The notes beneath the pieces were generated by a model, which had not been told where the DNA came from, ran no database searches, and worked only from the letters and a program-made list of their open reading frames with translations. Shown in pieces: positions 1 to 10,148 of a DNA stretch of 64,000 bases. Within the stretch, counting starts at the first letter, position 1; each line of letters begins with the position of its first letter. Where the stretch lies: IMG/VR virus record IMGVR_UViG_3300027419_000029, positions 6,330 through 70,329 of that record; one strand, given 5' to 3'. Origin of the DNA: a virus. Its lineage: Duplodnaviria > Caudoviricetes. The translations under genes and the position numbers were made by a program.

Positions 1-299
1 GTCCAATCAACGTCAAGTTCATGATTCTCATGAGGTCCAGCTTCTTTCTTGGGAAGTCTTGTTGACATGCTAGGGCAGATTAAAGCAGAACACTCACAAA
101 CAACAGAAGCTTCAAGGTATGTTAAAGCATCATCTATAGCTTCTTCATACCTAGGTATTTGCTTTATAATATTTGCCTCTGCCACTAATATGCACTCAGG
201 TTGTTGAATGGCAGTAATAGGAAGGTAAGCAACATCTAATCCAAGCTTATCTAAGATTCTTTGCTCCCAACCTTCCTCGGTTAAAATTCTATTTGCCAT
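1..299 (-). CDS. Probable head-tail connector/head-completion protein (truncated by window edge)
   Basis: Hand-translated open frame from ATG at 299 (MANRILTEEGWEQRILDKLGLDVAYLP...), RBS GGGAGG upstream, directly downstream of the capsid gene. Confidence 0.5.
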   Translation of the reverse strand, partial: MANRILTEEGWEQRILDKLGLDVAYLPITAIQQPECILVAEANIIKQIPRYEEAIDDALTYLEASVVCECSALICPSMSTRLPKKEAGPHENHELDVDW

Positions 300-316
300 A
301 AGGGAAAACCTCCCTT

Positions 317-1405
317 TTAGTCGATTTCTAAGATCTTATTAGCTTCATTGAACATCTTAGAAAATCCAGCATTTTCTGAAATTGTCAATATAGTTGTTTG
401 GTTTGTTATGAACTTATCAGCTTCTTGAATGTCTGAGCCAGTTTCCATAACTTTTTCAACACAATAACGTCTGTCAAGACCATATAAAGCAACATGGTTG
501 TTAACCTTTTCAGCGTTAGGGTTGTAGAGAAGAGTGACATTTGTCCACAATTGTTGTGGAAGTTCAACCTTTGCAGTAATGGCCATGCCTTTAAGCAAAA
601 AGTCCATCATTTGAGTTGCATCGTTTGGATAGAGAATATCTAAAACTTGAAGCAATCCATCTTCACTTGCAACAACGGTGTTACATTGATATGGGAAGAA
701 TCTTAATAAGAATCTTAACCATGCATCTTTTGAAAGTGTTCCTGCAGAAGCGCCTGAATCTAGATCAGTTTTTGCTTTTAAGACTGGTGCAGCAGTGTTT
801 GCATTACCATCACCAGTAACAATTATATCTAGTACATCAGCAACTTCGTCTTGAGCAGCTTGTTCACCGATTCTTCGGATATGTACGGACAATAAATCAA
901 GATTCATTCTTCTTACAACTTCATAAGAAGCTTCAATAGCACGACCATATTTCCAAATCTTAACTGAGTTTTCTCTAGTCTTTAGTCTGGATTTAGGTAG
1001 GTCAGCAGCTTCTGTAACTCTTACTTTTTTAATAGCCTTTTTGTTTGCCGTGTCATCATCACAATAAATTGATCTGTAAGAATTTCCATTTATTGGAGTT
1101 GTGGTTGCAATTAAGTAAGGAAGTATACTTGAAGAAATAAGCGCTTCTCTTAATCCAGATGCAATATATTCAGGGAACAATACTTTGCTTTCTTCGGTGC
1201 GATAAAAAGCTTCCACTTTAGATGCATTGAAACCTTTTTCAGGTATCGATTGAGTAAGAATACCATGTTCCTTTAATTGTCTTTCATAAGCAGAAAGCTT
1301 AGAACCTTCTGGTGTTGGGTCTAACTGTTCAAGTAATTGAGAAAAAGTCACCTCATTCTCCCTAGCTTGATTGTACATTTCTCTAACGAGTTTTTCGATT
1401 GCCAT
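317..1405 (-). CDS. Major capsid protein (probably HK97 fold)
   Basis: 362 aa, follows protease and decoration genes; capsid-like segments (KYGRAIEASYEVVRR, IITGDGN-like). Confidence 0.8.
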   Translation of the reverse strand: MAIEKLVREMYNQARENEVTFSQLLEQLDPTPEGSKLSAYERQLKEHGILTQSIPEKGFNASKVEAFYRTEESKVLFPEYIASGLREALISSSILPYLIATTTPINGNSYRSIYCDDDTANKKAIKKVRVTEAADLPKSRLKTRENSVKIWKYGRAIEASYEVVRRMNLDLLSVHIRRIGEQAAQDEVADVLDIIVTGDGNANTAAPVLKAKTDLDSGASAGTLSKDAWLRFLLRFFPYQCNTVVASEDGLLQVLDILYPNDATQMMDFLLKGMAITAKVELPQQLWTNVTLLYNPNAEKVNNHVALYGLDRRYCVEKVMETGSDIQEADKFITNQTTILTISENAGFSKMFNEANKILEID

Positions 1406-1429
1406 TATATTTTCATCTCCTTCCGATGA

Positions 1430-1831
1430 TTAACCAATAAAGATTGTTACAGTGTTGACATCTGCTGTAGCATCAACTGAAACAGCATATGCAGGTCCTA
1501 AGTTAGCTGAAGCAACCTTACTAACCAATCCAGCTCCATTTACGCAAACAAAATCATCTACAGATGGAAGAGCACCAGAAACACTAGGTACATTTTCTTT
1601 GAATCCTTTAACCTGTACAGTCATAAATCCATCATCTTCATATTTTTCGATGATACCTTTCAAAGGGTCACCAGCACTACCAAGTCCCATTTCATAATTT
1701 CCAGTTGATGTTACCGCCATATTTTCAACAGCAGCAGCACCAGATGCAAGTGCGATAGCACTAACACTTCCATGTGCTTTTATAGGTATTCTCAATGCTC
1801 CAATGCCTTCAAGTTCAACATATTTATTCAT
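1430..1831 (-). CDS. Head decoration/cement protein
   Basis: 133 aa, small, Gly/Ala/Val beta-rich, immediately upstream of the capsid gene. Confidence 0.6.
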   Translation of the reverse strand: MNKYVELEGIGALRIPIKAHGSVSAIALASGAAAVENMAVTSTGNYEMGLGSAGDPLKGIIEKYEDDGFMTVQVKGFKENVPSVSGALPSVDDFVCVNGAGLVSKVASANLGPAYAVSVDATADVNTVTIFIG

Positions 1832-1861
1832 GTATTACACATCCTTTCGCCTTTTGGGCAT

Positions 1862-1883
1862 AAAAATAACCGCTATTTGCGGT
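1862..1883 (-). terminator. Intrinsic terminator
   Basis: Minus-strand ACCGC-AAATA-GCGGT followed by TATTTTT. Confidence 0.55.
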
Positions 1884-2066
1884 CTAATCGGTTTTAATTC
1901 CTAAAGCTTCCTCTAACTCAGCAATGGTTTTGATTAACTTATCCTTTTCGTCTAAAAAAGAATCAAGTCTTTGTTGAGTATGCAAGATGTTTCCATCAAT
2001 ATTGGTTAATTCATCTTTTTTAATTTCCAATATTTGAGATAACGCTTCTTTTACACTATCATTCAT
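1884..2066 (-). CDS. Small coiled-coil hypothetical protein
   Basis: 60 aa ORF with RBS GGAGG in the head operon. Confidence 0.5.
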   Translation of the reverse strand: MNDSVKEALSQILEIKKDELTNIDGNILHTQQRLDSFLDEKDKLIKTIAELEEALGIKTD

Positions 2067-2081
2067 AAGATAGCCTCCTAT

Positions 2082-3380
2082 CTATTTTTTTACTTTGAAT
2101 GCTTCATCAGGAATCACAACTTCCTTCGCAAAGTTTTGCCCTGCTTCAGGATCCGTAGCTCTACCTGAAGGTATTACAACTTTTGCTTGTACTTCCCAAG
2201 TTTTCATAATGTCCTTAATGCTTTGGGTAGACATTGTTGAGAATGCGTTTTTCCATGTTTCAGCAGGGAACTCATTAGCCATTGCTCTAACACCCATTGC
2301 AAGCGCTTCATCAGATATCTCTTGATGATAAACTTGACCTTCTTTAGCAAGTTTAAGAACTTCATCAGCTGATAGTTCAACACCAAGCTTTTCAGTTGCA
2401 ATTGCTTGTGTCATATAATCAGCAGTAGGATCAAGTTGTGCCATAACAGGTACGACAGAAGATTTTATTTCTTCTATTTTTGCATCCCATTGCTCTGCTA
2501 ATTGGTTTAATAATGTGTCATCTAACTTTGTTTCACCTTCTTTATATGTTATTCCGAAGGCTTCTAGCATTTTTATTAACTTATCCATGTTGTTTTCAGC
2601 TCCTTTCACAGCGAATACTTTCTTAGGTTCAGACTTCTTAACAAATGTAAGAATTTCTCCTTTCGAAGAATAAGAACCAAATACATTTGCATTTTTAGGC
2701 AATTCTTTTAACTCATCAATTATGATAAATTTACCCTGAGGTGTTTCAAACTCATCACCAACCGATGACATCGAAATGCCAGCTCCTTTATATGCACCGT
2801 CAAAAACTCCCGATTCTTCCATAAGGTATCCAGGGTTTTTAGCGATAATAAAGCATGTTTTTTTATTACCATCAGCATCCTCATAAATCTGCCCTTTGTA
2901 ATGATTGCAACCGCCACCATAGTAATCCATATTGCATACTGAACAAACCATTTTACTTGATCCCCATCCAATGGAAGTATCAAACAAAACACCATTTTCA
3001 ATATCTTCAATGATACTGTTAGCACTACGACCATTCTTTAAGGTATCACTTCTAGGAATATATTTATCAAGGTATAAGGCTACAGTTTCACCCGGTTCGC
3101 TACTTGGTTCTAAACTTCCATCAAAGGTTCTACCAAATATGGTAGTAGGTTCGCTAAAGGTTGACCAACTATGATTCAAAAGCCATGAAACGCCTTCTCT
3201 AGAATTTTTAAGGAAGGTTTCAAGCAATTCCTTACTAAGCTGTATGTAGCGATTTTCAATAATCATATCTCCGGCAGCTTTACCACCAAACGCAAAAACA
3301 TCATCTGCAGTAAAATTACGTTTTGCAAGATTATTAATCTTAGCAAGCTGTTCTTCGGTCGGAATTCCAAATTTACTCAA
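2082..3380 (-). CDS. Prohead protease/scaffold protein
   Basis: 432 aa between portal and capsid; N-terminal protease-like region (LLNHSW, DTSIGW, CSVC...C.HYKG), helical C-terminus. Confidence 0.7.
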   Translation of the reverse strand: MSKFGIPTEEQLAKINNLAKRNFTADDVFAFGGKAAGDMIIENRYIQLSKELLETFLKNSREGVSWLLNHSWSTFSEPTTIFGRTFDGSLEPSSEPGETVALYLDKYIPRSDTLKNGRSANSIIEDIENGVLFDTSIGWGSSKMVCSVCNMDYYGGGCNHYKGQIYEDADGNKKTCFIIAKNPGYLMEESGVFDGAYKGAGISMSSVGDEFETPQGKFIIIDELKELPKNANVFGSYSSKGEILTFVKKSEPKKVFAVKGAENNMDKLIKMLEAFGITYKEGETKLDDTLLNQLAEQWDAKIEEIKSSVVPVMAQLDPTADYMTQAIATEKLGVELSADEVLKLAKEGQVYHQEISDEALAMGVRAMANEFPAETWKNAFSTMSTQSIKDIMKTWEVQAKVVIPSGRATDPEAGQNFAKEVVIPDEAFKVKK

Positions 3381-3541
3381 TCTTTATCAACTCCTTTCTT
3401 ATTGAAATTTTGCTTCTCAGCTTTACTGCAAATTTCTATACATAAGCAACCTTTGCAGTTCATGCACTCACATGGTATGTTAGCTTTCGGTAGTGTCGGA
3501 TTTACCTTGAAGTTTTGACCTCGCATGTTTGTCATTTCCAT
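3377..3541 (-). CDS. Small Cys-rich hypothetical protein overlapping the portal 3' end
   Basis: RBS GGAGGTGG before ATG 3541; CECMNCKGCLC motif. Confidence 0.35.
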   Translation of the reverse strand: MEMTNMRGQNFKVNPTLPKANIPCECMNCKGCLCIEICSKAEKQNFNKKGVDKD

Positions 3542-4898
3542 CGTTACCACCTCCTGAACTGAAGCTAGCTCTAATATTTGGCGATGGTTGCCCAACAGCT
3601 TTTTCAGCTTTAATAACTTCTTGAGCTGCCTGATCGTTATCTTCCCATCCCATTAATACAGCAATAGCATGAAATTGTTGTTCCATCAGTTTTACAGTCA
3701 TTCGCTGTTCTTCTGAATTCCAGTCGATAGTATTGTGAGTGAATACAACCTTAGCCTGCTTACCATTTACTCTCAGCCAAAGTCTTGCAATTTCTTCAAT
3801 AAGTCTTTTACTTCCACGCTGACAAGATGCAATTCCAGAACAAAAGATTCTAAACTGAACGGTTCCCCAAGATTCTGTAACGCCTTGGTTACGATTCATG
3901 AATATAGCCATCTGCTTTGAACCTGATAAAGTTTGAGTATCTACAAGTTCACTTACAGCTCTTACATCTAGACTTCTAGCAGCATTCGCACCTTGATTCA
4001 TATTAATTTTTACATCATCAAAATGAACATAATCGCTGTCAGGCTTAATTTTTTCCATCATGCCAACCACATTGCTAAATTGTGCTGTTGTCCATTCTTT
4101 TAGCTTTGTAGCATCTTGCTTGATATGAGCAGGGCAGATAGTCATAAGTCTTTCTAAATCGATTGCAATGTCATTTCTAGGATAGCCTTGGTGGTGGAGA
4201 ACAGCTTGTAAGTCCTGAAGAATTTGCATCTGAAAATCAACAGCTTGAAGAACAGATGCCATTGATAATGAACCTCTTGGATCACCAATATCGGGGTCAG
4301 CAGGCACCCAAAAGAAATTTGCGTGTGCTTTATCAAGCAATACTTTTTTACCCATTTGATATTGATATGGCACCCACGTTTTACGGCCATTAATATCTTG
4401 CAACTCCCATTTTATTGTTTGTGGCTTAACAGGGTAGACATCGTATATGTCATTTCTATCACTGGTGACTTCAACCTCGGCTCCCATAGCACCCAATAAA
4501 AAAGAGCTGTAATGCAACTGATCTATCAGTCCATCAAGCCCTGAATTACTTATTTCATTAATTCGTGATGCAAAATCACGCCATTCACCTTCTAGAACAG
4601 TATCCCTTGTTTTTCCATCTACAGAATAAAACTGAGTATCGTTGCCTTGATTGGCAAGCCTTACGAAGTTCCAAACCGCCATTGATACATCTGGATTAGT
4701 CTTTTTCAAAAACTCTAATGCTTGAGCTTCATCCCTAATGCCTCGAAGTGTGGCAAGCGCATCGTTTGTCCTCGAAGAATAAGGAGATAGAGTAGTGGAG
4801 TAACCATTTCCAATTTGTGTCTGTCTACCTGTCTGCATATCTTTTGGTTTATCTCTCGATTTAGCAAAACCAATTCCAAAAAATGCCATCATTTTCAC
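3480..4898 (-). CDS. Portal protein
   Basis: 472 aa, size and position upstream of the protease; helical portal-like sequence. Confidence 0.75.
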   Translation of the reverse strand: MKMMAFFGIGFAKSRDKPKDMQTGRQTQIGNGYSTTLSPYSSRTNDALATLRGIRDEAQALEFLKKTNPDVSMAVWNFVRLANQGNDTQFYSVDGKTRDTVLEGEWRDFASRINEISNSGLDGLIDQLHYSSFLLGAMGAEVEVTSDRNDIYDVYPVKPQTIKWELQDINGRKTWVPYQYQMGKKVLLDKAHANFFWVPADPDIGDPRGSLSMASVLQAVDFQMQILQDLQAVLHHQGYPRNDIAIDLERLMTICPAHIKQDATKLKEWTTAQFSNVVGMMEKIKPDSDYVHFDDVKINMNQGANAARSLDVRAVSELVDTQTLSGSKQMAIFMNRNQGVTESWGTVQFRIFCSGIASCQRGSKRLIEEIARLWLRVNGKQAKVVFTHNTIDWNSEEQRMTVKLMEQQFHAIAVLMGWEDNDQAAQEVIKAEKAVGQPSPNIRASFSSGGGNDGNDKHARSKLQGKSDTTES

Positions 4899-4963
4899 CT
4901 TCTTTTTATGTAAGTATTTCTTAATTTAGTACTTCGCAATATAAACCTTATGTAAAACTAATT

Positions 4964-6562
4964 TTATTCAAAACTTGTAATTTCCCTTATACCTTCTTCT
5001 GTATTTATTTTTAATATTGGAATTTTACTAGATTGAACTAATGCATTTATCTTAAATGCTTTTGCTTCTGCTTCTTCGGTTTGAACTCTTAATCTAAGTG
5101 CTTTATTATAAGGATCATCAGCGACATCATAAATTGGAATTGTTATAGCTTCAATATCACTTATATTTATCTTGACAGCACCATTGTTACTGGCAGTTGA
5201 GTCCATAATTGTGACCCATACTGAGGAATACCCTCCATACAAGGTGTCAATACATATTAATCTAACAACTCCTGTAGATTTAGCTGAAAATAGTCCTCCG
5301 CTTGTAATTACACCTATTGATGGATTCGATGAATACCATGATACATTTCCAGATATGTCTTGTAAAAATGAGTTTGTAACGGAAAATTGAATATCTTCAT
5401 TATTCTTAATTAATGCAGATAATGGGGAGATATTCATCTTTTTAATTGCTAAATCTAATATTAATGTAACAACGCTCCTATTAACATTATTTACATCTTT
5501 AATTCTTGTTGCAGTTAAGAATAGCCTGTTATCAAAATTGCTTATCATTTGAAATATCATAGCATAATCGCTAGTTGAAGTATTTATTGCTGTAAATTTA
5601 ATTACAGGATACCATGCATTTTCTTCTTCAGAATATAAAAACATTTCAGCAGTGGCTTCTTCATTTCCAACATTTCCTTCATATGATTTTTGCCCAATTA
5701 ATAAGTCCCCAAATATTGTATTTAGTTTATCGGTGATTCTTATAGCGTCATTAGGTTTTTGCAGTTTAGTTATTTCTTCGGTTAGCCTGTTATATTTCAT
5801 AAAGCCATAGCCACTCGCCAAAGGAGAATCGGAACCCCAATGAACGTATCCATCTTCAAACATTAAACTTGTTGTCCTATATATTTGACCATCTCCACTG
5901 TGTCTAAATTTAATATCTGCATTTGTACCATCTGCACTTATTGTCCACATAGCACATTCGTCACCAGCATCTCCAGATGTTATCCAAAATTTATTAATGT
6001 ATCTATCATATCTTATTGAATGAAAGTGCCTAATAAAATCAGTATCTCCATCAAATAATGGAATCCTACTTTGAGAAAACACAGTATTCCATGTAAGACC
6101 CGAATCGCTACTCTTATACACATATAATGTTGTTGGTTCCGTCCATAACCCGTTAGCCTTTGGTTTCATTGTGTACTCACAAAACATGATAGTATCATCT
6201 TCCGTGCTTACATCTAAAGATTTTTCTATTAAGCAAGTATCCGACCTCATTTCTATTGCAACCTCAAATGACGAAAATGATGTATCTGTACTTCTGTAAA
6301 TCTTGGTTGTTAATGGCGTATATTGATAGATGCCCCATACAATCATAATGCCTGAGTTTAAAATACGACACTCATTCACACCATTTAAAACAGAATTAGG
6401 TAAAGTTTCATTGAGTGTTGTAACAAGGTTTAAATTTCGATCTACCACATATAATCCATTACTACCATCAAGCTTAACCGCAAATATACGTCCATCAATA
6501 TGATTGCCTATTACTTTATATTCTGTATTATATTCAACTATAGAAACTTCATATCTGCTCAT
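4964..6562 (-). CDS. Beta-propeller (BNR/Asp-box-like) protein with C-terminal Ig-like (BIG2) domain; putative virion appendage
   Basis: Asp-box-like SSDSGLTW; Ig-like VSWYSSNPSIGVITSGGLFSAKSTG. Confidence 0.6.
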   Translation of the reverse strand: MSRYEVSIVEYNTEYKVIGNHIDGRIFAVKLDGSNGLYVVDRNLNLVTTLNETLPNSVLNGVNECRILNSGIMIVWGIYQYTPLTTKIYRSTDTSFSSFEVAIEMRSDTCLIEKSLDVSTEDDTIMFCEYTMKPKANGLWTEPTTLYVYKSSDSGLTWNTVFSQSRIPLFDGDTDFIRHFHSIRYDRYINKFWITSGDAGDECAMWTISADGTNADIKFRHSGDGQIYRTTSLMFEDGYVHWGSDSPLASGYGFMKYNRLTEEITKLQKPNDAIRITDKLNTIFGDLLIGQKSYEGNVGNEEATAEMFLYSEEENAWYPVIKFTAINTSTSDYAMIFQMISNFDNRLFLTATRIKDVNNVNRSVVTLILDLAIKKMNISPLSALIKNNEDIQFSVTNSFLQDISGNVSWYSSNPSIGVITSGGLFSAKSTGVVRLICIDTLYGGYSSVWVTIMDSTASNNGAVKINISDIEAITIPIYDVADDPYNKALRLRVQTEEAEAKAFKINALVQSSKIPILKINTEEGIREITSFE

Positions 6563-6572
6563 TTTACACCAC

Positions 6573-7373
6573 CTAGTCTATATATACATCGTCAAATCTT
6601 GCGGTTTTAACGTCTGTTGAAGATGTTTCTGCAAATAAGTATAGCCAAGCCGAGGTACTGCTTAGAGTTGGACTATCAATGGTTAGTTTCAACACATCAT
6701 CTTGATACAATTTAATGAATGTGCTATTCGCTCCAATTTCAAGTGTAAATTCAGACACTTGATTTATTGTTTTTCCATGTAAAAAATTTTGATTTACTGT
6801 TAAGCTCGCATTTGCAATTGCTTGCAGATAACACTTTGTAGTGTCATTAATAACCCTTAATGTATATGCACTTATTACGTTACCGCCTTCTGTTACTATT
6901 GTTGAATTTAATGCAATCCCCAATGTAGACAGGGTATTATAAGGTTCACATTTCCATTTGATAATCCTGTTCTGACTTGTCCAATCAACTTTTATTTTTT
7001 TCATCCTTGCTTTTATATCTACTTTTCCAGCATCAGAGATTGTTGTTCCTGAAGCAATGTTTATTTGTGCTTTATTTGACTGTATATCTATTTTGTTTGT
7101 CGATGCTTTAGTTCCACTATACCCCGTTTTAATTCCATTGGTAACTTCCCAATTAGAAGATAGAGGATCACTGTTTACACCAGTAAATGAATCAAAAAAC
7201 AATCCAACAACCCTAAGTAACCACATTTGACCGATTTTCGGAGAAACAGGATCTTGGTCTAGTATAGTAACGGTTCCCATTTGTTGCGACAAAGATGCCA
7301 AATCCGAAGCATTTTTTACTATTGCAGTAGCGAGTTTCTTATTTCCTTTTCTTCTTTTCATTGAACTATTCAA
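6573..7373 (-). CDS. Putative fibre protein with lectin-like beta-sandwich
   Basis: 266 aa beta-rich; FFDSFTG...W...ARFDDVYID pattern; basic N-terminus shared with the 7409-9535 protein. Confidence 0.45.
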   Translation of the reverse strand: MNSSMKRRKGNKKLATAIVKNASDLASLSQQMGTVTILDQDPVSPKIGQMWLLRVVGLFFDSFTGVNSDPLSSNWEVTNGIKTGYSGTKASTNKIDIQSNKAQINIASGTTISDAGKVDIKARMKKIKVDWTSQNRIIKWKCEPYNTLSTLGIALNSTIVTEGGNVISAYTLRVINDTTKCYLQAIANASLTVNQNFLHGKTINQVSEFTLEIGANSTFIKLYQDDVLKLTIDSPTLSSTSAWLYLFAETSSTDVKTARFDDVYID

Positions 7374-7408
7374 AAGGAACCTCCCTTCGTCCTATATAAG
7401 TTTAAAAT

Positions 7409-9535
7409 TTACATTGCACCTGTTCTTGCACCATCTTCCCACCATGTTGTGCCATCACAAATAAATGGTATAATAAATGTCTTAGCTGTTGTTGTTCCAG
7501 TTGCAAGTACCCCTATAGATTTAAAGTTAGTTCCGAATGTTATATTAAAACTTGTCACGCCTGATGTAGTAATTTTAAAGCTACAACTTTGACCTACTAC
7601 GCCACCAGTAGCGTTTAGGGTACAATCTCCTGTAGGTGTGAGTAACTTGATTGTTCCGTTCATTGTTACAGCAATCGTACCAGCTGTTGATGGCAATGCA
7701 GTTCCTTGCCCTGAAGGTTTAATTTCAGGTGGGCAACCAAGCGCTAGAAACTCGGGAACATCAGTTATCATGGCTTGTACTACTGGTAAGCTTTCGTATT
7801 CAATTTCTCTAGCCGTGAGCGTGGATACTTTATTATTTAAGAATTTTAATCCTGATACACCGTGATCGCCAATAGATAGTAGTTTTATGCAAGTCTTATT
7901 GAACGTACCGCCTTTTGTGAAGGTATTAAATTGAATATCAACGTCGGAACAATCCTCGATACAAACTTCACCTTGCCATGGTATGCCAGATGCAACATAG
8001 GGAACACAATAAGCACAGTCTGTAAAGTCGTTGTTATATGCCTTAATTCGCTTGTGCTGATTTGTTCCTCTCTCTTGCAATGCTCTAAAATGTAGTGCAG
8101 CCCAAGGCCAACCATATACAATATTTCCTTCTATGGTTAAGCCTTCTATGGAGTTATTGGTTACGCCTTTTATCGCTCCACAATACTCAGGCGCTAAAGA
8201 TAATGCCATAGAATCAGTGTAATTAATTCTAACTGTTATAACTGCAGTTTCAGCCCCTGCAACAAATGACCCAGCAGCAAAAGATAGCTGTTTAGGAGCA
8301 ACCCCAGTAATATATAAGCTTTTATTATTACTAGCATTTACAGTACATCCTATAATCAAGACATAATCGCCTACTGCAAAATCCTTAAAATCGTCCCCGG
8401 TAGTTATAATTGTATTTGTAGTAAATGTTATTTTGTTAGCTAGGGATGTATACTTAGAGTATGTAAATTCAATTATGTTATCTAGCACTTTTATGTTTCT
8501 GAAGAAACTAGCATCATATCTAAGTCCATCTCTAAACTCAATACCACTGCCTGGTTTAAATCCATGACCACCCAAGTGAGATTGTAAGTAATTTTTTGCA
8601 ATTTCTACATTTCTTGTAATAATCCCTGGTAGCGTATGAGCTCCCCACAAAGAAACTCCGATAAGTCCTTGGTATGAGTTATTATCAGTAATTTTTACCT
8701 TTCCTCTATACTCAGCATCATATTTGGTATAAAGCATAGGCCAACCAACATGAAGAACACCGTTCTTACAGCCAGTAGCATCGTTATCAGTAATTCGACC
8801 CTTAGGACAATGAATTTCGTATGCCGTCTCTGGCATCCATTTGGTTACACCTGCTCGTTTTGTTGCGAAAGTTTCATTGTTCTTACAATCTACTTTCATA
8901 GCGTCTAGATTAAAGACAGAGACATCATATTCACTATTAGTCTTTCTTTCATAATAGGCAGTACAATCGTGTACATTAATGTACTTTCCATATGTATCGA
9001 ACGGTTGTGACAAAACTGCAGTAACTCCGTAGCTCCAAAATCTACAATGATTCAATTCAATATCGTAGTTGTTGGATATATGTAATAAATGACATCCTTT
9101 ATTAATTACTACTGGCTCTTCTTGTACTATAGGTGTTAAATCAGCATCACCGCGTTGATCAAAACCTACATTGATTAATTTAACTCCTTTAGAACCAATG
9201 GCGGTAGCTATAAAAACGTTATATATCTCCGTTTCTTTGGTTATAAACCTTCCATTTCCCAACATTTCCCAAGTCATTTCATCTGCAACTGATACTAGTG
9301 CTGGTGATATTAAATATTCTAAATCGGGGAATAATAAGTACTTAACCCCAATGGAGATGGCATAAGCTTGTGCCTCCATTATTTTAGCACTATCATTCAC
9401 TATGCCATCACCTATGACACCAAGTGTAGTTACATCAATCTTTTGCTTAAATATTCGTGCTAATTGTGCAACCATGCTATTTATAAGTGCAGTAAGCTTC
9501 TTGAATCCTGATCTTCTTTTCATTCCATTATTCAT
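7409..9535 (-). CDS. Tailspike/appendage-like protein with pectate-lyase-type parallel beta-helix
   Basis: 708 aa; IDVTTLGVIGDGIVNDS start typical of Pectate_lyase_3 spikes; repeated I.I.NN.. rungs. Confidence 0.65.
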   Translation of the reverse strand: MNNGMKRRSGFKKLTALINSMVAQLARIFKQKIDVTTLGVIGDGIVNDSAKIMEAQAYAISIGVKYLLFPDLEYLISPALVSVADEMTWEMLGNGRFITKETEIYNVFIATAIGSKGVKLINVGFDQRGDADLTPIVQEEPVVINKGCHLLHISNNYDIELNHCRFWSYGVTAVLSQPFDTYGKYINVHDCTAYYERKTNSEYDVSVFNLDAMKVDCKNNETFATKRAGVTKWMPETAYEIHCPKGRITDNDATGCKNGVLHVGWPMLYTKYDAEYRGKVKITDNNSYQGLIGVSLWGAHTLPGIITRNVEIAKNYLQSHLGGHGFKPGSGIEFRDGLRYDASFFRNIKVLDNIIEFTYSKYTSLANKITFTTNTIITTGDDFKDFAVGDYVLIIGCTVNASNNKSLYITGVAPKQLSFAAGSFVAGAETAVITVRINYTDSMALSLAPEYCGAIKGVTNNSIEGLTIEGNIVYGWPWAALHFRALQERGTNQHKRIKAYNNDFTDCAYCVPYVASGIPWQGEVCIEDCSDVDIQFNTFTKGGTFNKTCIKLLSIGDHGVSGLKFLNNKVSTLTAREIEYESLPVVQAMITDVPEFLALGCPPEIKPSGQGTALPSTAGTIAVTMNGTIKLLTPTGDCTLNATGGVVGQSCSFKITTSGVTSFNITFGTNFKSIGVLATGTTTAKTFIIPFICDGTTWWEDGARTGAM

Positions 9536-9547
9536 AAGAAACCTCCC

Positions 9548-9871
9548 TTACTCAAAATAATTTACATTAATTACCGCCGATGTAGTTCCTGTTCGTATAG
9601 CTCTAAAATTCGCTATCGCTTCAGGAGTATAAAGATCAATTTCATCATCAGCATAAAATGGATTGCCGAGTGTAGTGGTAGGAGCTCCGCCATCAATTCT
9701 AGCTCTAATGTCTGCTGCTTCGATAAATATTACTGCACTTTTTGCAGTACCATATTTACTAGCTGTTAATGCAATTCCACCAACTGTAGCATCAACAGTT
9801 AATTGTTCGTACCCAATAGGCGTTGAGCCATAAATTCTACTAATGTGCATTCCTTTAGAATCACCGTTCAT
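9548..9871 (-). CDS. Small beta-rich putative virion protein
   Basis: 107 aa with RBS; no recognised catalytic motif. Confidence 0.45.
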   Translation of the reverse strand: MNGDSKGMHISRIYGSTPIGYEQLTVDATVGGIALTASKYGTAKSAVIFIEAADIRARIDGGAPTTTLGNPFYADDEIDLYTPEAIANFRAIRTGTTSAVINVNYFE

Positions 9872-9875
9872 AATA

Positions 9876-10148
9876 TCACTCCTTTAGCTTTTCAAGTTCA
9901 TCAAGTAGCTGTGCTTTTGCTAGGTTGATGATATTTTGATTGTTTTCGATAAGGTCACAAATGAATTTCATTTCTGAGTTATCAATTTCAATTGAACCAT
10001 TGTTCGTCAAATTAACAGCCCAAGTAATCATCTTTGCAGGTTTACCAACCGTAGACATTGCCAAAAGATTTGCAAGGATATCACTAAGCTTTTCGGCTAT
10101 TGGTTCACCTTTTAGGTTAATAAGATTTCTATCAAGATTTAGTATCAT
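9876..10148 (-). CDS. Hypothetical helical protein (possible fibre chaperone)
   Basis: 90 aa, overlaps the MTase stop. Confidence 0.4.
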   Translation of the reverse strand: MILNLDRNLINLKGEPIAEKLSDILANLLAMSTVGKPAKMITWAVNLTNNGSIEIDNSEMKFICDLIENNQNIINLAKAQLLDELEKLKE

